Assembly (NCBI GenBank): GCA_030141605.1
Contig: JAQGDQ010002370.1
Location: forward strand, 337,167-401,166
Direction of reading: 5' to 3'
Length of the DNA stretch: 64,000 nucleotides
DNA from: Tubiluchus corallicola
Taxonomy: Eukaryota; Animalia; Priapulida
Position numbers and translations under genes: made by a program
Part shown: one piece after another, positions 38,501-52,218 of the stretch
How the letters are laid out: each line of letters starts with the position of its first letter
How positions within the stretch are numbered: the stretch's first letter is position 1
The notes under the pieces: generated by a model
Databases searched by the model: none
What the model saw: only the letters and a program-made list of their open reading frames with translations
Told to the model about the DNA's origin: nothing

Positions 38501-41500
38501 TTATTATACCGGAAAATTATTGGAAAGTTATAGCTAATTATAAATTAATGCGAAAGAACACGTAAAAATTCTCATTTGTGTATTTGGTGTATTGCTTTAG
38601 TGGGTGAAAACTGACGTCCCTAATACCGGTGCTGGAGGAACAGCAGATGATCTTACATTCATATCATATGCCACTAGTTCAGCAAATGGGGGAAATCAGT
38701 ATTTGTTCTACGTGAGACGGGATTCTGTGAATTTATGGATTGATGGGCAGCAATCGTGAGTGCAATTGTGCACAGGTGGGCGTGTCTTTGACGGTTAAAT
38801 CTTGCTTTTAATTTAAGAGTTACTAAAAGTGTAATTTGCTCAAAGTTTCGTGGCATTTCTTTTATATGTCTTTTGTGATATTTTGTTATTATCTCGGTAT
38901 TCTATGCTGTCCCTCAAAATCTTTTCTTGGGCTTTCTGAATCAAATCCTCGACATTCTATATATTCCTCTGAGCCATTCCTTCAACGATAACCTATGTTT
39001 ATGGGCAGGCGGATGAAAAATATAATTGGTTAATTGTTCAGCAGGCAGACACAAAATTGTTCAAATTTTAATTTGCTGAGTGAGATAAACATGAAAAGCT
39101 GAGTTAATAGAATTTTTGCCAAAGTAACAAAATGGGAAAACAAAACAACATAAAATATCTTATCTACAAAATAGCAAATGGGCTTAACGAAGTCTTCACT
39201 ATACGTTCATACTATTAACATTAATACCATAACATAACTAGAAAAAACACAATTTAAAATTGCTAATTATGTATTTATTATAATATATAATTCGAGTAAA
39301 TATACTCTTTCGAGCAAAAACTATTCAAAAGCCAAAGTTACTTTACACGTATCTCCAATTGCTACTTGAAGCAAGAATTACTTTTAGCTACCATTAAAAA
39401 CCAGAATGTTTACATTTCTGGCTTTACCTACAAAAGCACTACATTGAAAGTGCGCGCATTATTGATATTTTTAAGGTGTAGCGTTAGTGGCCGATAGCGT
39501 GATGGTTGGGTACAGTTAGTGACTGATGATGGAAGTTATGGTCACCAGACACTGTGATGATTTAATGTGGTGAACTTGTTAGCTGCTGACTGTGGTAGAG
39601 TATAATAATATCCATGATGTTGTTTTGCTTGGTTGATCAAATGCAGGAAATGATGCGTGGAAAGAGATAAATGAACAAATAATTGAATGAAGTAAGCAAT
39701 TTTAATTTAAACTTAAAAGTAACGACCGACAAACTGATTAGCCAGTTCAAGTTATACAAGCAATTGAACAACCAAACGATCAAGCATCAACCAACCAGCA
39801 TGTTAATAAACCAATCAGTCCAAATTATGGAAGCTACTGTTTTAATAGCTTGTCAGTGTAGCAGTTCACAGACTCTAACGTAAAATAAGGGAAAATGGCG
39901 CAGTTAATACAGTAGGCGTGCGTAATTGTGTAATTCTACTTCACATATGGTGTATATTGTTCCAGCATTTTTTTGCTTAAAGTGCATACTGGACAACAAA
40001 AATTTCCACATCATTTTTGACTAGTTTATTAACTAAAAAAACTTTTTAGATCAACGTTTGATCAAATGTGGTACGAACAACAGCTGACAACCACAATTCA
40101 GCTGCTTCTAACGGAAATGGCCCTTCCAGTGTTTAATGAATAGCAATCCTGCCAGGATTGTTTAGCTAGATGTGTTTCCCTTGTTCTAGTTGTCTATCAC
40201 CTGCATTTTCATAATAAAGAAGGAAAATAATCATATACGTTGTAGAAATTGGTTTTCCCTCTATGATAAGAGTAACCCTATATGCAGTCACATACTTTTA
40301 CAAGACAGCTGTGAATTTAAATAGCGAGTGAGATCAGTAATGAATGTAGAACATTTAGTTTTTGTTATTGATTTTATTTATTTCTAAAGCTTTGTACATT
40401 TAGGTCGGTTTGCGATTCCTCGTTCAATGCTTTTTTAAATTTACAAAATTACAAGTAAACAATTACATGCGTTGAATAATTGCTATACGCAATAACTGTA
40501 ACAGAATTTTGATGTTGTCCTGTTAATCTATTATTATTGCACAATTTTACACATTGCGTAGTTTTACAGTTGCAATGATGAAAATTATAAGCGACAATGG
40601 TGATTATTTAAGTCTCGGTATAAAATCCGATTTTTTCTTTCAACGAATAAAGTGAATACACCGAATATATTTAAATTCAATAGAAAAACAAAATACCTAA
40701 AGTTGCAAGTTGCATTCTTAATTTAGGGACTTTTCTTCCTCTTGCATTGTTGCGATGTGATGTTACGCGCCTAGGTGTTCATTATTTTCAAGCTCCAAAA
40801 CGATATTGTCCCTCGCTGTGTTGCCTATTTGCCCTTTTCAATTAATCTTTAACTAATGTAGCAAAATCAAATTATTTTTTCTTTTAGAAAGCTCAAAATT
40901 TCACTGCTTTATGGCACTTTGTACAAAATGGTACAGAATGAGTGCGGACTCAATGGAAACAACTTTAGCGGACCTAAAACGTGCGAACAGAAAAATCTGT
41001 GCATGTGCGTGTCAGTGCGGACGCAGTGGAAACCCGGTCTAGACCCACTGGTTTTTCAAGTGAACCTTTCAGCATTGCAACTTCTTTCAAAAAGCAGATT
41101 AATTACACCACCTGGGTCGTTGATTTTGCTGGTTCATATGCCTTGTTGGCTCCTGGAAAATTGCAGGACAACAACTTCCCACATTATTTTGTTGCATAAC
41201 ACTTCTATTTAAAATAAAAGACGACGTGACAAGTTAGTCTGATTCGTAGGTGAAAAGTTTCATCGCTACCATTAAATCTACTAGTTCCCACCAGTCAGTA
41301 AAGCTCAAAGATGAACTAGGTCTATGTTCTTCTGATGTGTGAATTATGTAAACTTGGAAGATGACTATACTGTTTTGATTGTAACCTTTTGTTTTCATGT
41401 TTGAAATCTGTTTGAAAACGCAGCATGTCAGCAACTGAGAAGCGAACATATTTTGACTTAAACATTTCGCGATAAATCAATGAATAGTATCTAGTCTGAT

Positions 41501-44500
41501 AGGGGCCATTAGTGTTTTTCTGTAAGATGAGAATTTTCTAATAATAAGACCTGAAACATATTCACAAAGTGCTTAGTATGTATCGAAAAGCACCACTGTT
41601 AGGCTGGCCAACATTACCCTATGTGGTGGCCGATATTACATGCCACTGGCTAACATTACCCTATATGGCGGCCGATATTATATGCCACTGGCTAACATTA
41701 CCCTATATGGTGGCCGATATTACATGCAACTGGCTAACATTACCCTATGTGGTGGCCGATATTACATGCCACTGGCTAACATTACCCTATATGGTGGCCG
41801 ATATTATATGCCACTGGCTAACATTACCCTATATGGTGGCCGATATTACATGCAACTGGCTAACATTACCCTATGTGGTGGCCGATATTACATGCAACTG
41901 GCTAACATTACCCTATATGGCGGCCGATATTACATGCAACTGGCTAACGTTGCCCTGATTTAGACTGCACAGAGTGCACAAGTAATACGGCCGATTACAA
42001 TGAAGTGAGCGACAAAAACCATTTCTTCGCATTCCTGTAAAGCAGACAAATACATCGATGTGTCTGCTAAGTGTGTACATAAACACTAGTAATAATACAG
42101 GCTATATCACTGAAGAAATTTAAATGTGGCCAACACCCCATATACGCTAGGTGATAACTTATGTTATTTGAAATAAATTGTCTTTGGTTTTAGGTGCAGA
42201 AAATTCGAGGTAACCAAAACGTTTGTTCAACTTTCGGAAAATCTGGTGAAAAAACATGTTAAAAATGTTAAACACAATTAATCTGTAATTTGTGGTCATT
42301 TATAGTCATCTACAATCACGTTAAAATACTTTACGCACACACAATTCTGCTAAAATAATTCTTGAAACTTGAAAGAGTACTAAACGACACCTTTTACATC
42401 ATTTTTATCTACAAGTCCAAGCAAAAGGAGCAAAGCTTTTTTCATAGTCAGTAAGATAACAGTTTTTAGTAACTCACCATCATCATATGCCCATTACGTC
42501 TATTGTAGACACTCTAAATTAAAAGAAATCTGCCCTCACGACAGGTAAAACTAGCAAAAAGAAAAGTATATGAAACCAAATGTGAACGAAAGTGAAAAGT
42601 GCTGGAGTCGCACGTCCTCTAACTTGACTCTTGCAATCACTTCAGACCATGCTGCTCTGTCACCCGCAAACTCCCACGTAGCTCCACTCTCCGTGCATTT
42701 TTGATAGCTACTGATGTATTGGTGAGATATTTTTGGATGAAATTAATGTAAGTCCGCAGCTGTCCTCCTTGTGATTTCTTTTCTTTCAGCAATGCTTCTT
42801 TGAAAGTTAATTTTAAAGACAGTAGCAGATATACATATAAATATACATACAAATAAAAACTATTCCTTTTTATTTTGACGTGGTTTTACCAAAGGAGCGA
42901 CATTAGAAAGTAAAAATTATACCCAGATAGTCAAAAAAAAGTTTGAGGTTCCGCGTAGAAACGTTTTTTGAGAATATCGCATTTGTGCAATTGAAAGTAA
43001 AATGTAAAAGAATATAATACTTCTGTTTTAAGGACGCCGAACACACTTGCAGCCACTACAAACCTCAGAAATAATCAATGGCATTCGGTATGTGCTGGTT
43101 ACGATACAACAACGAACACATACTTTGTGTCTGTAGATGGGGTTGTCCTAAAGTAAGATATCTTACTAGTTTCTCAAGTTTCCTGTAATACAATAATAGT
43201 ATTTCTATATACATTTAATATTACTTTTATGTGGTAACTAAAAACTAATTTTTCTCCAAACCAAAGTATATTTTCTTAATTAGTATAGTCATAATAAGTA
43301 ATATACGTATATGTATTACTGAATGTATATTTCGTTATAGTGATATATATATTGCAATAACAAAAACTGCAATATGACCAGGACAAGATTTAATGATTAA
43401 TCTTGAGCTATATGCCGAATTTGCGGAATTGCTGATTTGGACGAATTATCATTTCGCATGACAATGCACATTAATTTACCGCCTCATAAGGGTAGACAGA
43501 TAGATAGAAAGGATTATTTGCATGCAAACTTGCAGTTAAAAACTGAATAAAATTATATTTGCCCCCCCTCCAATTAAATGACATTAACTGTAGAGAATAG
43601 CATAATAAAATATACAAGATCACACAAAAGTGCAATATTAGTACAACCTTTTGGTAGAAACACCACATAATGCAATGAATCTTCCTTAAAATCCTTTACA
43701 AATCAATTATGTATCCTTGAATCTATAGCTGTTAACGTAATACAGTTAATGGTATGCTACTTGGTGAATTAACTAGAATCGATGAAAAATTTAGCATGTG
43801 ACAAATACAGGCTGATACTCGCCTTAGAGCAACATAAAACAACGCGATCTTCGCTTTCAAAACCTCTTAATTTCACGTCATTTTTTGTAATAACTTAATG
43901 AAAGACGCGTTTGATGTTAAATTTACTTTTGTTTAATTTCAAGCTGGTAATTACGGTTCTAATCCTGGGCCAATACAATCGGGTGGATACTTAATATTTG
44001 GACAGGATCAGACTGATGGGGGCACTGGTTTCACAGCAAGTCAAAGTTTTCGAGGAATGGTGACGGGTATCATTGTAGCAATAGGCTATAAGTAATGAGA
44101 TTTATTAAGCAGACAACACTGACTGACAGTTCTTTTACAATGTACTTAATTTTTTATTCTGACTGCTGTTTCTAGTTAGTCGGGGGCTTAGTGGTCAATG
44201 GGCAGCTTGGCTTTCATCGCTGCTTGGGGATTTTCTCAGTGCCAGATTAAGGCTCTGCTGGCCCTAATGCCCATTTTGATAAGTGACCTGAAAATACAGA
44301 TATTTTGCGCTCACCGACGAAAGGAAAATAAGTTAAACTTAGAAAATGAAAATTTATTGCGCAAAAATTTAGAACAACCAATATTTTTTATAGTAATTAC
44401 TATTGGTACATGTGCCCATATGCTTAGTTCGCCCTTGGCTTTCTTGGACTTTTTCAATGTTTTACGATATACCTCATTTCCTGTCAGGACCAATACTTGG

Positions 44501-46594
44501 ATTTCTTAAGTGTATTGCTACAGTTTCATGGCCAACAAAAAAGGAAATTCTTCAGATTGTTGCTGAGCTTCACTCATTTCAGCAGCCTAGCAGAAGACTC
44601 ACTGGCTCGTCAATATCGATGACAATGGAAAAAGTGAGTTTCTTTTCAGACAGTAATTTTCTCCTGATGTGAACGACCTTTAACCCTATTATCATTTGGT
44701 CATGCACCATTTGGTTGTCATTGGTTTCATAGGAGCTGTCAGTAAAATTATAATTTTTAGCCAAGATTTTCAGATTTTAGCCTAATGATTGTCAATGCAT
44801 TCATTAGGATCCTGCTCGAAAGGCATAACATTCATACACTGAGTTAGCAGGGGCAGCAAAATACTGTTGCAAAGTGGCGCTTTCGCACATTCATAGCTAT
44901 CTAGTTGACTGCCTGCAGAATCTTGAATAACAAGTTTTAAACCTCGCAGAATCCTTGTAACATCTAACTCCATCCAATTCAGAAGCCAGGAGTTTTTGAG
45001 ATCAGTAGTCAGCGGAATAGCTTGAAAGCTCAACCAGTCTGCAAAATCTTCCACATACAGCTTATACTCCACCCTCAAAACTTAAGCAGCAAGATTAAAA
45101 GGACCAGGTGCAGAGAAAATATCTTGGACAACTACAGTGGCCCCTATCATCATGAGATGTATTAGGACCAGAGATGCTTTACACAAGAAGACGCGAAATG
45201 TAAACTGTAGCAGGTATTCCTCTAAAAGAAACACACGATAGATTAATTTCTTAAAGAAAAACAAAATAGCAGAGCTTTTACCTCAAAAAAGCAAACAGAA
45301 TTATCACATGGTTAACAAAAAATACGGTGTTATTCATCAACCATGTTAAGTTAAAATTTTCGACAAACGTTCCTGTCTCAATGGTGTCTCATTCATTCGT
45401 TATTGCAAAGGTCACAGTAAAAAATACAAAACATTTATTTACGTGTAAAAATAAAGGAAAGCATTTTTTATCATCACCTGAAAACTTATGAATGTTTTCC
45501 ATATTTTTTTGTGGCCTGGATTTTTGGCTGGCCTTAAGGCGTGTGCTATGTTTGCCTAATGGTTAATCCGGCACTGGATTTTCTCCCTGTCATTACCCTT
45601 CACAAAGGTCCCTAAAACAAAGTAATATGCTCGTGGCAAAGTCACAAACAAATGAATAGGTCAGGGTTAAAGGGGCCATTTGAAAATGTTTTTATGTTTG
45701 ATAAAGTACCTGATGGATTAAGAAATGTCTGAAGAAATATTACGGCATCAGATCTGGATTCAATTTTTTCCAACTTAGAGTGCTACGTACGAATAAAGAT
45801 AATAGGCCTAAATGTTTTTTGTGAAATTATCATACTGATTAAAGTAGTAACTAAGTAACACCGCTTAAATTGCTTGAAAGTTTAATAAGTTATTATCATT
45901 GTAATTGCGTCACGATAATGTATATAATTTAGACATGGGTACCGGTGTGCTTAGTTACGAAAGTTCAGCACTACTGAACCAGTTTACCAAACGGATGAGT
46001 ATCGTTAAGAAAATTGCATCTGGGCGGTTATGACTGCACCTTAAGCCTTTATTTGTTGAGTTTCAGTGATGCAAGTTCTATTTTCAACTTAATGAAATCA
46101 TCCTCAAGTGAATTTCTGACCAGCTAAAGACGAACGTTCCATAAACTTCTAAACTATATAATATTGTAATCACAGTTCTTACTAAATAAGTATTCATTTC
46201 TTCGCGCTTGAACTGCTCCAGTATATTCGCATCTGTCATGTGTCACGAAATTGATTTAGAATTGAACATAATAGCAGTTTAATAAGATTAAAACATTTTT
46301 TCAGATTCGATGACGGAGTCCTGTTTAAATAATGATGACTCATACATCTTTAATTGGGAAGACCCAGTTATGCAGCTTATTGGTGGTTTGATGAAAGGTC
46401 AATCTACGTGCCCTGGACCAATTGAAATGGAAAGAGTATGCGCTCTGAGAGAAAAGGAGTTAGAAATACTCTTTGACTTCATCACTGGCATTGCCAAGAA
46501 AACAGCTTCGCTAATTTACAGAATTTCTGACGAACTTAGACAAATTGGGAGGGGCCTTAGTACGTCTAGACCTAGGTCTAGACATTATAATTAA
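32530..46594 (+). CDS. Pentraxin-domain protein B (8 exons, signal peptide; probably disrupted at exons 6-7)
   Basis: Exons 32530-32541 (MKRW), 33336-33453, 35419-35493, 37152-37300 (GLTPTC..TFPIRGTSDYIKL..TTCM), 38601-38755 (WVKTD..SYA..), 43033-43152 (WHSVCAGY..VDG), 43944-~44073 (IQSGGYLIFGQDQT..QSFRG), 46305-46594. Intron positions match gene A. The exon 6 donor is one base out of phase and exon 7 runs into a retroelement. Confidence 0.85.
32765..33125. repeat. Degenerate tandem repeat (~50-55 bp, core CAGTGTAACT(C/T)G)
   Basis: Core recurs at ~32767, 32857, 32900, 33008, 33059 and 33115. Confidence 0.55.
33671..33747. mobile_element. Tiny PIF/Harbinger-like MITE
   Basis: GGCCCGATTTCACAAAGCCGT...ACGGCTTTGTGAAACCGGCTC hairpin flanked by CTG on both sides (3-bp CWG target duplication). 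Confidence 0.7.
34216..35108 (+). mobile_element. Composite non-autonomous element, copy 2 (single copy of the 47-bp unit)
   Basis: Same order of motifs as 1437-3678; one diverged unit at ~34611-34660; core ends GAGCGCATTCTAGTT at ~34970. Confidence 0.7.
41604..41957 (+). repeat. 42-bp minisatellite, about 8.4 copies, in gene B intron 5
   Basis: Unit CTGGCTAACATTACCCTAT(A/G)TGG(T/C)GGCCGATATTA(C/T)ATGC(C/A)A. Confidence 0.97.
44074..45180 (-). mobile_element. Degraded Gypsy-type gag fragment inserted antisense into gene B exon 7
   Basis: ORFs 44579..44764 and 44782..45078 are gag-like; LTR-like end TGTAGC..TTTATT begins at 44074, where similarity to pentraxin stops. Confidence 0.8.
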
Positions 46595-47196
46595 AATGGA
46601 GATGCCTATAGTAACATTGTCAATTGATTTTTTTATGGCTGTTAGGTACTCATTTAAAAAACACTTGTACATTTTTATCCAAAGTTCTGGAAGGATAGAG
46701 GTCGTATGAATTTCAGTAAATAAAAATTTACAGAGTCTGACTTTTGCATTTTCATTTTTGCTCGTGTACCATGTATTTTAAATTCTAGTACAAATAAAGG
46801 TGTTATAACTACACAGTCATTTAGCATCTTCAGAAAATGTGTAGAATTTAGAGATAACAAGCGAGCTATGATGTTTCAACAGGTCGCAACACTAGAAGAT
46901 GTCGAGCTTCATACTTCATATTGCGTCTTATCAAACTGCTCCAGAATACCAGTTAAAATACATTTAAATTGTAAACAGTAACAATAGTAGGATAAAAACG
47001 CCACGTTGGGCCACTGTATACGCGAAGCGTCAGCAAGGATTCATAACAGTCTCTGAAGATTTTAAGAAATGAAGGGAAAAGTGCTTAATGTGGTGAATTT
47101 CAAAAATATTAAAAGACAACCAATTCTTTTCACATTAGAGGCTTTCGTCCAACGACAGGCAACAAAAAATGTAGTTACAGGTTAATTATGCCAACT

Positions 47197-48170
47197 GAAT
47201 GTAGGTAAAAATGTCCTATGAAAAATAGCACAGTAAAAACAGCATGGTAAATATATGGCACAAAGAAAATGACACTTTTAGTAAAATATGAGTTTAGGGT
47301 TAGGGTTACTGAAAAGGATTATTATTTTACTTATTTTTACCTCTGCCAAGGAAGTTATGCTTCAACACCGTGGGGGTTGTTTGGTAGTTTTTTGTCGGTC
47401 ATAGTAAGCCTAAACACTAAACATAGTATTACGCAAAAACTAAGTAAAGAAATTTACACGAAACTTTGTATAGGATGCCAAAATGGGCACTTTTTTGGCA
47501 AAAGTCGATCGTAACACCATCTACAAAAAGCATTTGTGAAGCACTTCGTGGAGGTCTCAGATGGAGTGTTTAATACTTCTTTTTTATTATCTCCGCTAGG
47601 ACACACAAATATCAGTTAGGTCTAGGTTCTATTTAGAGAAATACTCGCTTGCTAAATCTAGATCTAGATTGTTTTCGCAAAACTCGATCCTAACACCAGT
47701 TACAAAAAACATTCGTGAAGCACTTCGTGTAGGTCTCAGCTAGATTTAGTTAGTTCCAAGTTCCGAGAGACATTCTCACTTGCTAGATTTAAATCTAGAT
47801 CTAGGTCTAGATTTTTCGATGTGTATAGTCTTATAAGCTGACTTGCCATCTAAGTACGTATGTATGTCAATCTATTAACTTCGCCAAATTTTTGCTAGTC
47901 TATATAATACCAATACAGATACATTTTTGTATGTTTGCTTGTTCATCTTTGTTTTAAGTTTTTTAATCAAAAAAAAATTAGAGAACAAGTTTAGGGTTAT
48001 TCGGTTTTGGCATAGAACAGGCTTTGGCGTAAAGATTCCTACTGAAAGCGCCTTCTGGTTTTATTACAGAAATCAAATGCATCAAAATAACATATGACAC
48101 ATTTTTCTATTTTTCCATTTATGGCATTTTTTCATGTGCCATTTTTATCTGCGCCACTTTTTCTTATACC
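47197..48170 (+). mobile_element. Composite non-autonomous element, copy 3 (two dispersed copies of the unit)
   Basis: GAATGTAGGTAAAAATG left end, TACCTCTGCCAAGGAAGTTATGCTTC at ~47338, units at ~47515 and ~47694, TGCCATTTTT right end. Confidence 0.7.
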
Positions 48171-49382
48171 TGTTTACAGCCACACTGTCGACTTGCTGTG
48201 TTTCAACAATTGACCTCACCGACCTATTCATTAGATAGAGAAATGTTAAGTTGAGGAAATTTCTCACAGCTTGTCATAAAATTTTAAGACTTTATCGAAT
48301 TTCAGTCAGAACAATTTAGGCCATTCTAATTACGACCAGATTGTAAGCAAATACAGTACATGTACTGCTTTAAGACATCGATAGATCATTCTGTTTAGCA
48401 GCAAAAATGCATTAAAAGTAGCTCTGTGCTGCAGAGTTTTACAATAAAAACACAGACCCTGTGTGTGGGAAAGGGGTGTTCTGTAAGAGATATACCTATA
48501 CCCTGTTTCTATGTTTGAGATGCCTTATTATATACCGCTTACTCTATACTTCATCTGCGTAAATTTAATAAGGAAGTGAACATTGGATAATACTCACTTA
48601 GTTCCGTATTTTTTGTTTTCACGGTCTTGAATACAATAACAAATAAATAATAGCCAACCTAAATCTTAAAAAGGGACGTATACCTACTAACCTGCAAAAG
48701 GCTCTACTGTTAGCACCAACAGGGAATATCTTACAATTATCAATTGTAATCTTTCTTTTCAGTAATTTTCAAAGATTCTTATCAACCGATTTGCATTTAT
48801 TTTCCTGCATATTAGCCAATGCCTAGAACGAAGTTTGTACCCTAATACACTATCAGTGTTGACCTGTGAGTCTGATATAGAGGCTATTCTAGAGTTCTGT
48901 CAGCAAAATAAATACCAAGCAATAAATCAATAATGGTGTTTGTATTTTTTGAGTTTAAAACCAGTTTAAAGGTAGGTCGAAAGAATTATTCCTCCAGTTC
49001 AAATATATTGGAACAACGCAAACATTATTGATGTGTAATTTGCTTTTAGTTTGCTGAAAACAAACTGCAGTTAAAAGTGTTTAAAAAACAAAGTTGGAAT
49101 ACTAATTCTACTATACTAGCTAGCTAAAAGCGCAAGTGCGGCAGACGTCCTTGAAGCCACTACAAGTAGAGCTTACGTTCTCAAAGTTTGTGTTTCAAAA
49201 CTGTGAGAACTGCTGTGTATGCGTGTGCATCAAGTAAATTGGTTTGATAAATCACCGAGATTTGAAAAGCTCTGCCTTTGTGTGTAGGATGCTGGTTTGC
49301 ACAGAAAAAAACGCTGAAGCCCTGGATCTGCGTTTGCGATATTCTTCTGACCGTCTTTCTGATTAGGTTTAATTAACTGATT

Positions 49383-50860
49383 TCACAAGTGAAACAAATT
49401 TAACGTAGGCACTTTTAATTTCCTCTGACTGTATAAATTGTAATGGCGCCATGAAGCAGTAGAATTAAAAAGATACTTCTTGACAGCAAGTGAGCAATTG
49501 CCAAAACGTCTAATTAATTGGTTGGCCCTAGAATAATAAATTGTTCTTTGTTTAATAATGTCAAGATCATTTGCATTATTATCAGAAACTATATGCCCTA
49601 AGCATTTCTCCTGTTTTGAGGGCTTTATCAAAGTTCCTTCTCAGGAGCCATTCGCCACTTTTTTAAAAACAGATGAACAGGTGACTTTGTCGAGACCAAT
49701 TTAGTCTTCTCGACATTAATAATAATGTTATGCTGTTTAGCATAATAAATGTGTATATCAATGAGTTTTTGAGGTGCAGTTGTGGTTGTGGCTAATAAGC
49801 AGACATCAACTGCATACATCAGATGATTCGTAAATAGATGAGCAATGTGACAACCATACTGTGAAGAGCTAACCCTCTGACGGTTAAATAACAGAGTTAA
49901 ACAAAAAGTTAAATAACATAGGAGACATAATACCTCTCTGACGAACACTGTTACCAATGTTAAATATACTAGATTGGTATCGTCCCCACCTAATTAACAC
50001 ACTTTGTTTTGTATAATAAAAAAGTAAAAGACGAATAATAACTTTGGGCCTTTCGGTGGTTAACAGTTCAAAAAATAATTTGAAATAATTAACACGGTCA
50101 TGCGCTTTTGACGCATCAATAAAAATAATGTGCACAGTGCTTTGCCTGGAAATATAGTAATCAATGATTTCTTTAAAACTTTGATACAGAATTCGGTTCC
50201 CAACTTGTCTACGAAGCCAAACTGGTTTGGTGTAGCATGAATACAATGTTTATATTGATAGAGTAACACATATTCAAGAATTTTATTACTGATGGGTGAT
50301 AGAGCTATGGGCCTGAAATTGTTTACGTCCGTGATATCATTGTTGTTGTTTTTAACAAGAGCCACAAGTACTTAGAGCATGAGTGCATTTGGAAAACTAT
50401 GAGCAATGCAAGATATATAAATTAAAGCTAGCAATATGGGTAGAAGCCCAGTTGCGTATGTATAATATTCCGCTTGGAGCCGATCAGGGCCTGGACTTTT
50501 GTGGTGAGACAGGCTAGACATGGCATCCTGAACCTCTCTTACAGTGATTGCAGGAGCATTGTTTAGGGTGGTAGTCAGAGATTCCTTTAGCCTAATTGGT
50601 AGATCGTAATTGTCAACAGAATTAAGAAGTGCCTGGTAGTGGTTCTTCCACATATCACATATTTGCTTTTCGCCAGTGGTTTGCCCAATGCGGGACGAGA
50701 GGAGAGTTGCTTAGAATTCGACTCCTTTTTAATGGATGCCCAAATTGATATGAATTACAGTGCATACATCTGTAGGCTATCCGGTCAGCAACAATAGCCT
50801 CTTACATGCTCGGGGAGAATATTTGAATTGAGCTCGAGCATAGCGCATTGCTTCTGAAAC
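49383..50860 (-). mobile_element. Non-LTR retrotransposon reverse-transcriptase fragment (RTE-X-like), frameshifted
   Basis: KSPGPD, DVNNFRPIAL, NQFGF, FIDASKAHDRV, VRQRGIMSPMLFN, HLMYAVD (decayed YADD), KCLGHIV. Confidence 0.92.
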
Positions 50861-52218
50861 TGGACCTTGACGATTTTTTTCTTTCGGTTAGTTTTAGTTT
50901 TAGAACAAAATTTCAGTCTACCATTGATGTATACTATTGTACATGTTTTTATTCAACTACCTCTTTATGCAATCTGTTTTAGGTGAGCTAATATGCCACT
51001 GTTCTTTTTTCGTGACAGCACGTTTATAATCTGTCATTTAGCTAATATACAATTTTGCGCATCTATTTTTATGTAGTTCAGCTGTACAATTTTGAATACT
51101 GCAGCAGTTATTTTAATGACCTTTATTGCCGAATCAAGCGCACATCCATCCGTAAAGATTCATACACGACGTAAGTATTGACGAAATCAAGTCATTTAGT
51201 TTTTTCCTGAATCAAAAATAAATAAACGATTGGTATAAATTAAACAACCAAACAAATGGGAAGGAGACACAGAGATACATGATTTACAGTAAAATTCATT
51301 CACGTGAAACACGAAAACTGGAAAACGAAAATAAAATAAACAGAAAATGCTTTAGCAAAATTCAGTGTGCAAATTTTTACATCCACACATGGTATAGTAC
51401 ATAGTAGAACAGAATAGGCCCGGTTGTATTTGCTAATACTTTCAATTTCGATAATTGGCTTTCGGCGGTTACTGCCATTTAAAGTTTTTACATTTACACA
51501 CTGTAAATTTTTACATTTACAGTTTAAACATATTTTGTTGAATAAGAAATATTGCAATATGGCTTGAACAGACAGTTTTTAACAACTGCTAAATGTTCTC
51601 ACCAATGAAATGTGACACTTAGTAGAGTGCAGGTAATAGACAAACAGTAGAAGCATTACAGTATGACTACTAGCATAAATATATACATAGAATAATGTTG
51701 AGAAAGACATTAATGTTACTATGTAATCAATGTAAACTAGTACAGTAACTATTAGAGCTTAGTTAGAAATATAAATTTCTTTACAAGCTTAAATACTTGA
51801 ATATTAACAGATATACTTAAGTGTTGATTACCATGAAGAAGCAGATAAACGATTTCATTTGTTGACAACATGAATTACATGAATTTAAATAATCGATAGT
51901 TGATATCATGAAGTATTAGCGTATTATTTATTTAGAGCAAGCCTCCCTTTTAGATTACAGACCAAGTGTGAAGCCATAGTAACGCTACTTCAGTAACAGT
52001 AATATCGAACTAGCCATTGGCTCTTCCGGATTCTGGTTACTATCTTTTGTAATATAAAGTTGTAAACCAGGGTAACTGCGAGTTTTTTGCTTTTTCAGCG
52101 GTTATCTGCAGTCATAGGAAGACTGATAAAATATTGTTATGTTTTTCAGCTTGAAAACATCAATCAATTTTTAGTATTGTTTCACTGAAGCTACATTTTG
52201 ATTATGTTAACTGCATAG

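Noticed and set aside
41640-41963. Repetitive neuropeptide-like precursor (..GGRYY repeats)
   Set aside because: No signal peptide or dibasic sites; fully explained by a 42-bp intronic tandem repeat.
45680-45735. NVFMFDKVPDG as the missing end of gene B exon 7
   Set aside because: Only faint resemblance to the expected DITIFD segment, with no acceptor or target-site duplication to link it.
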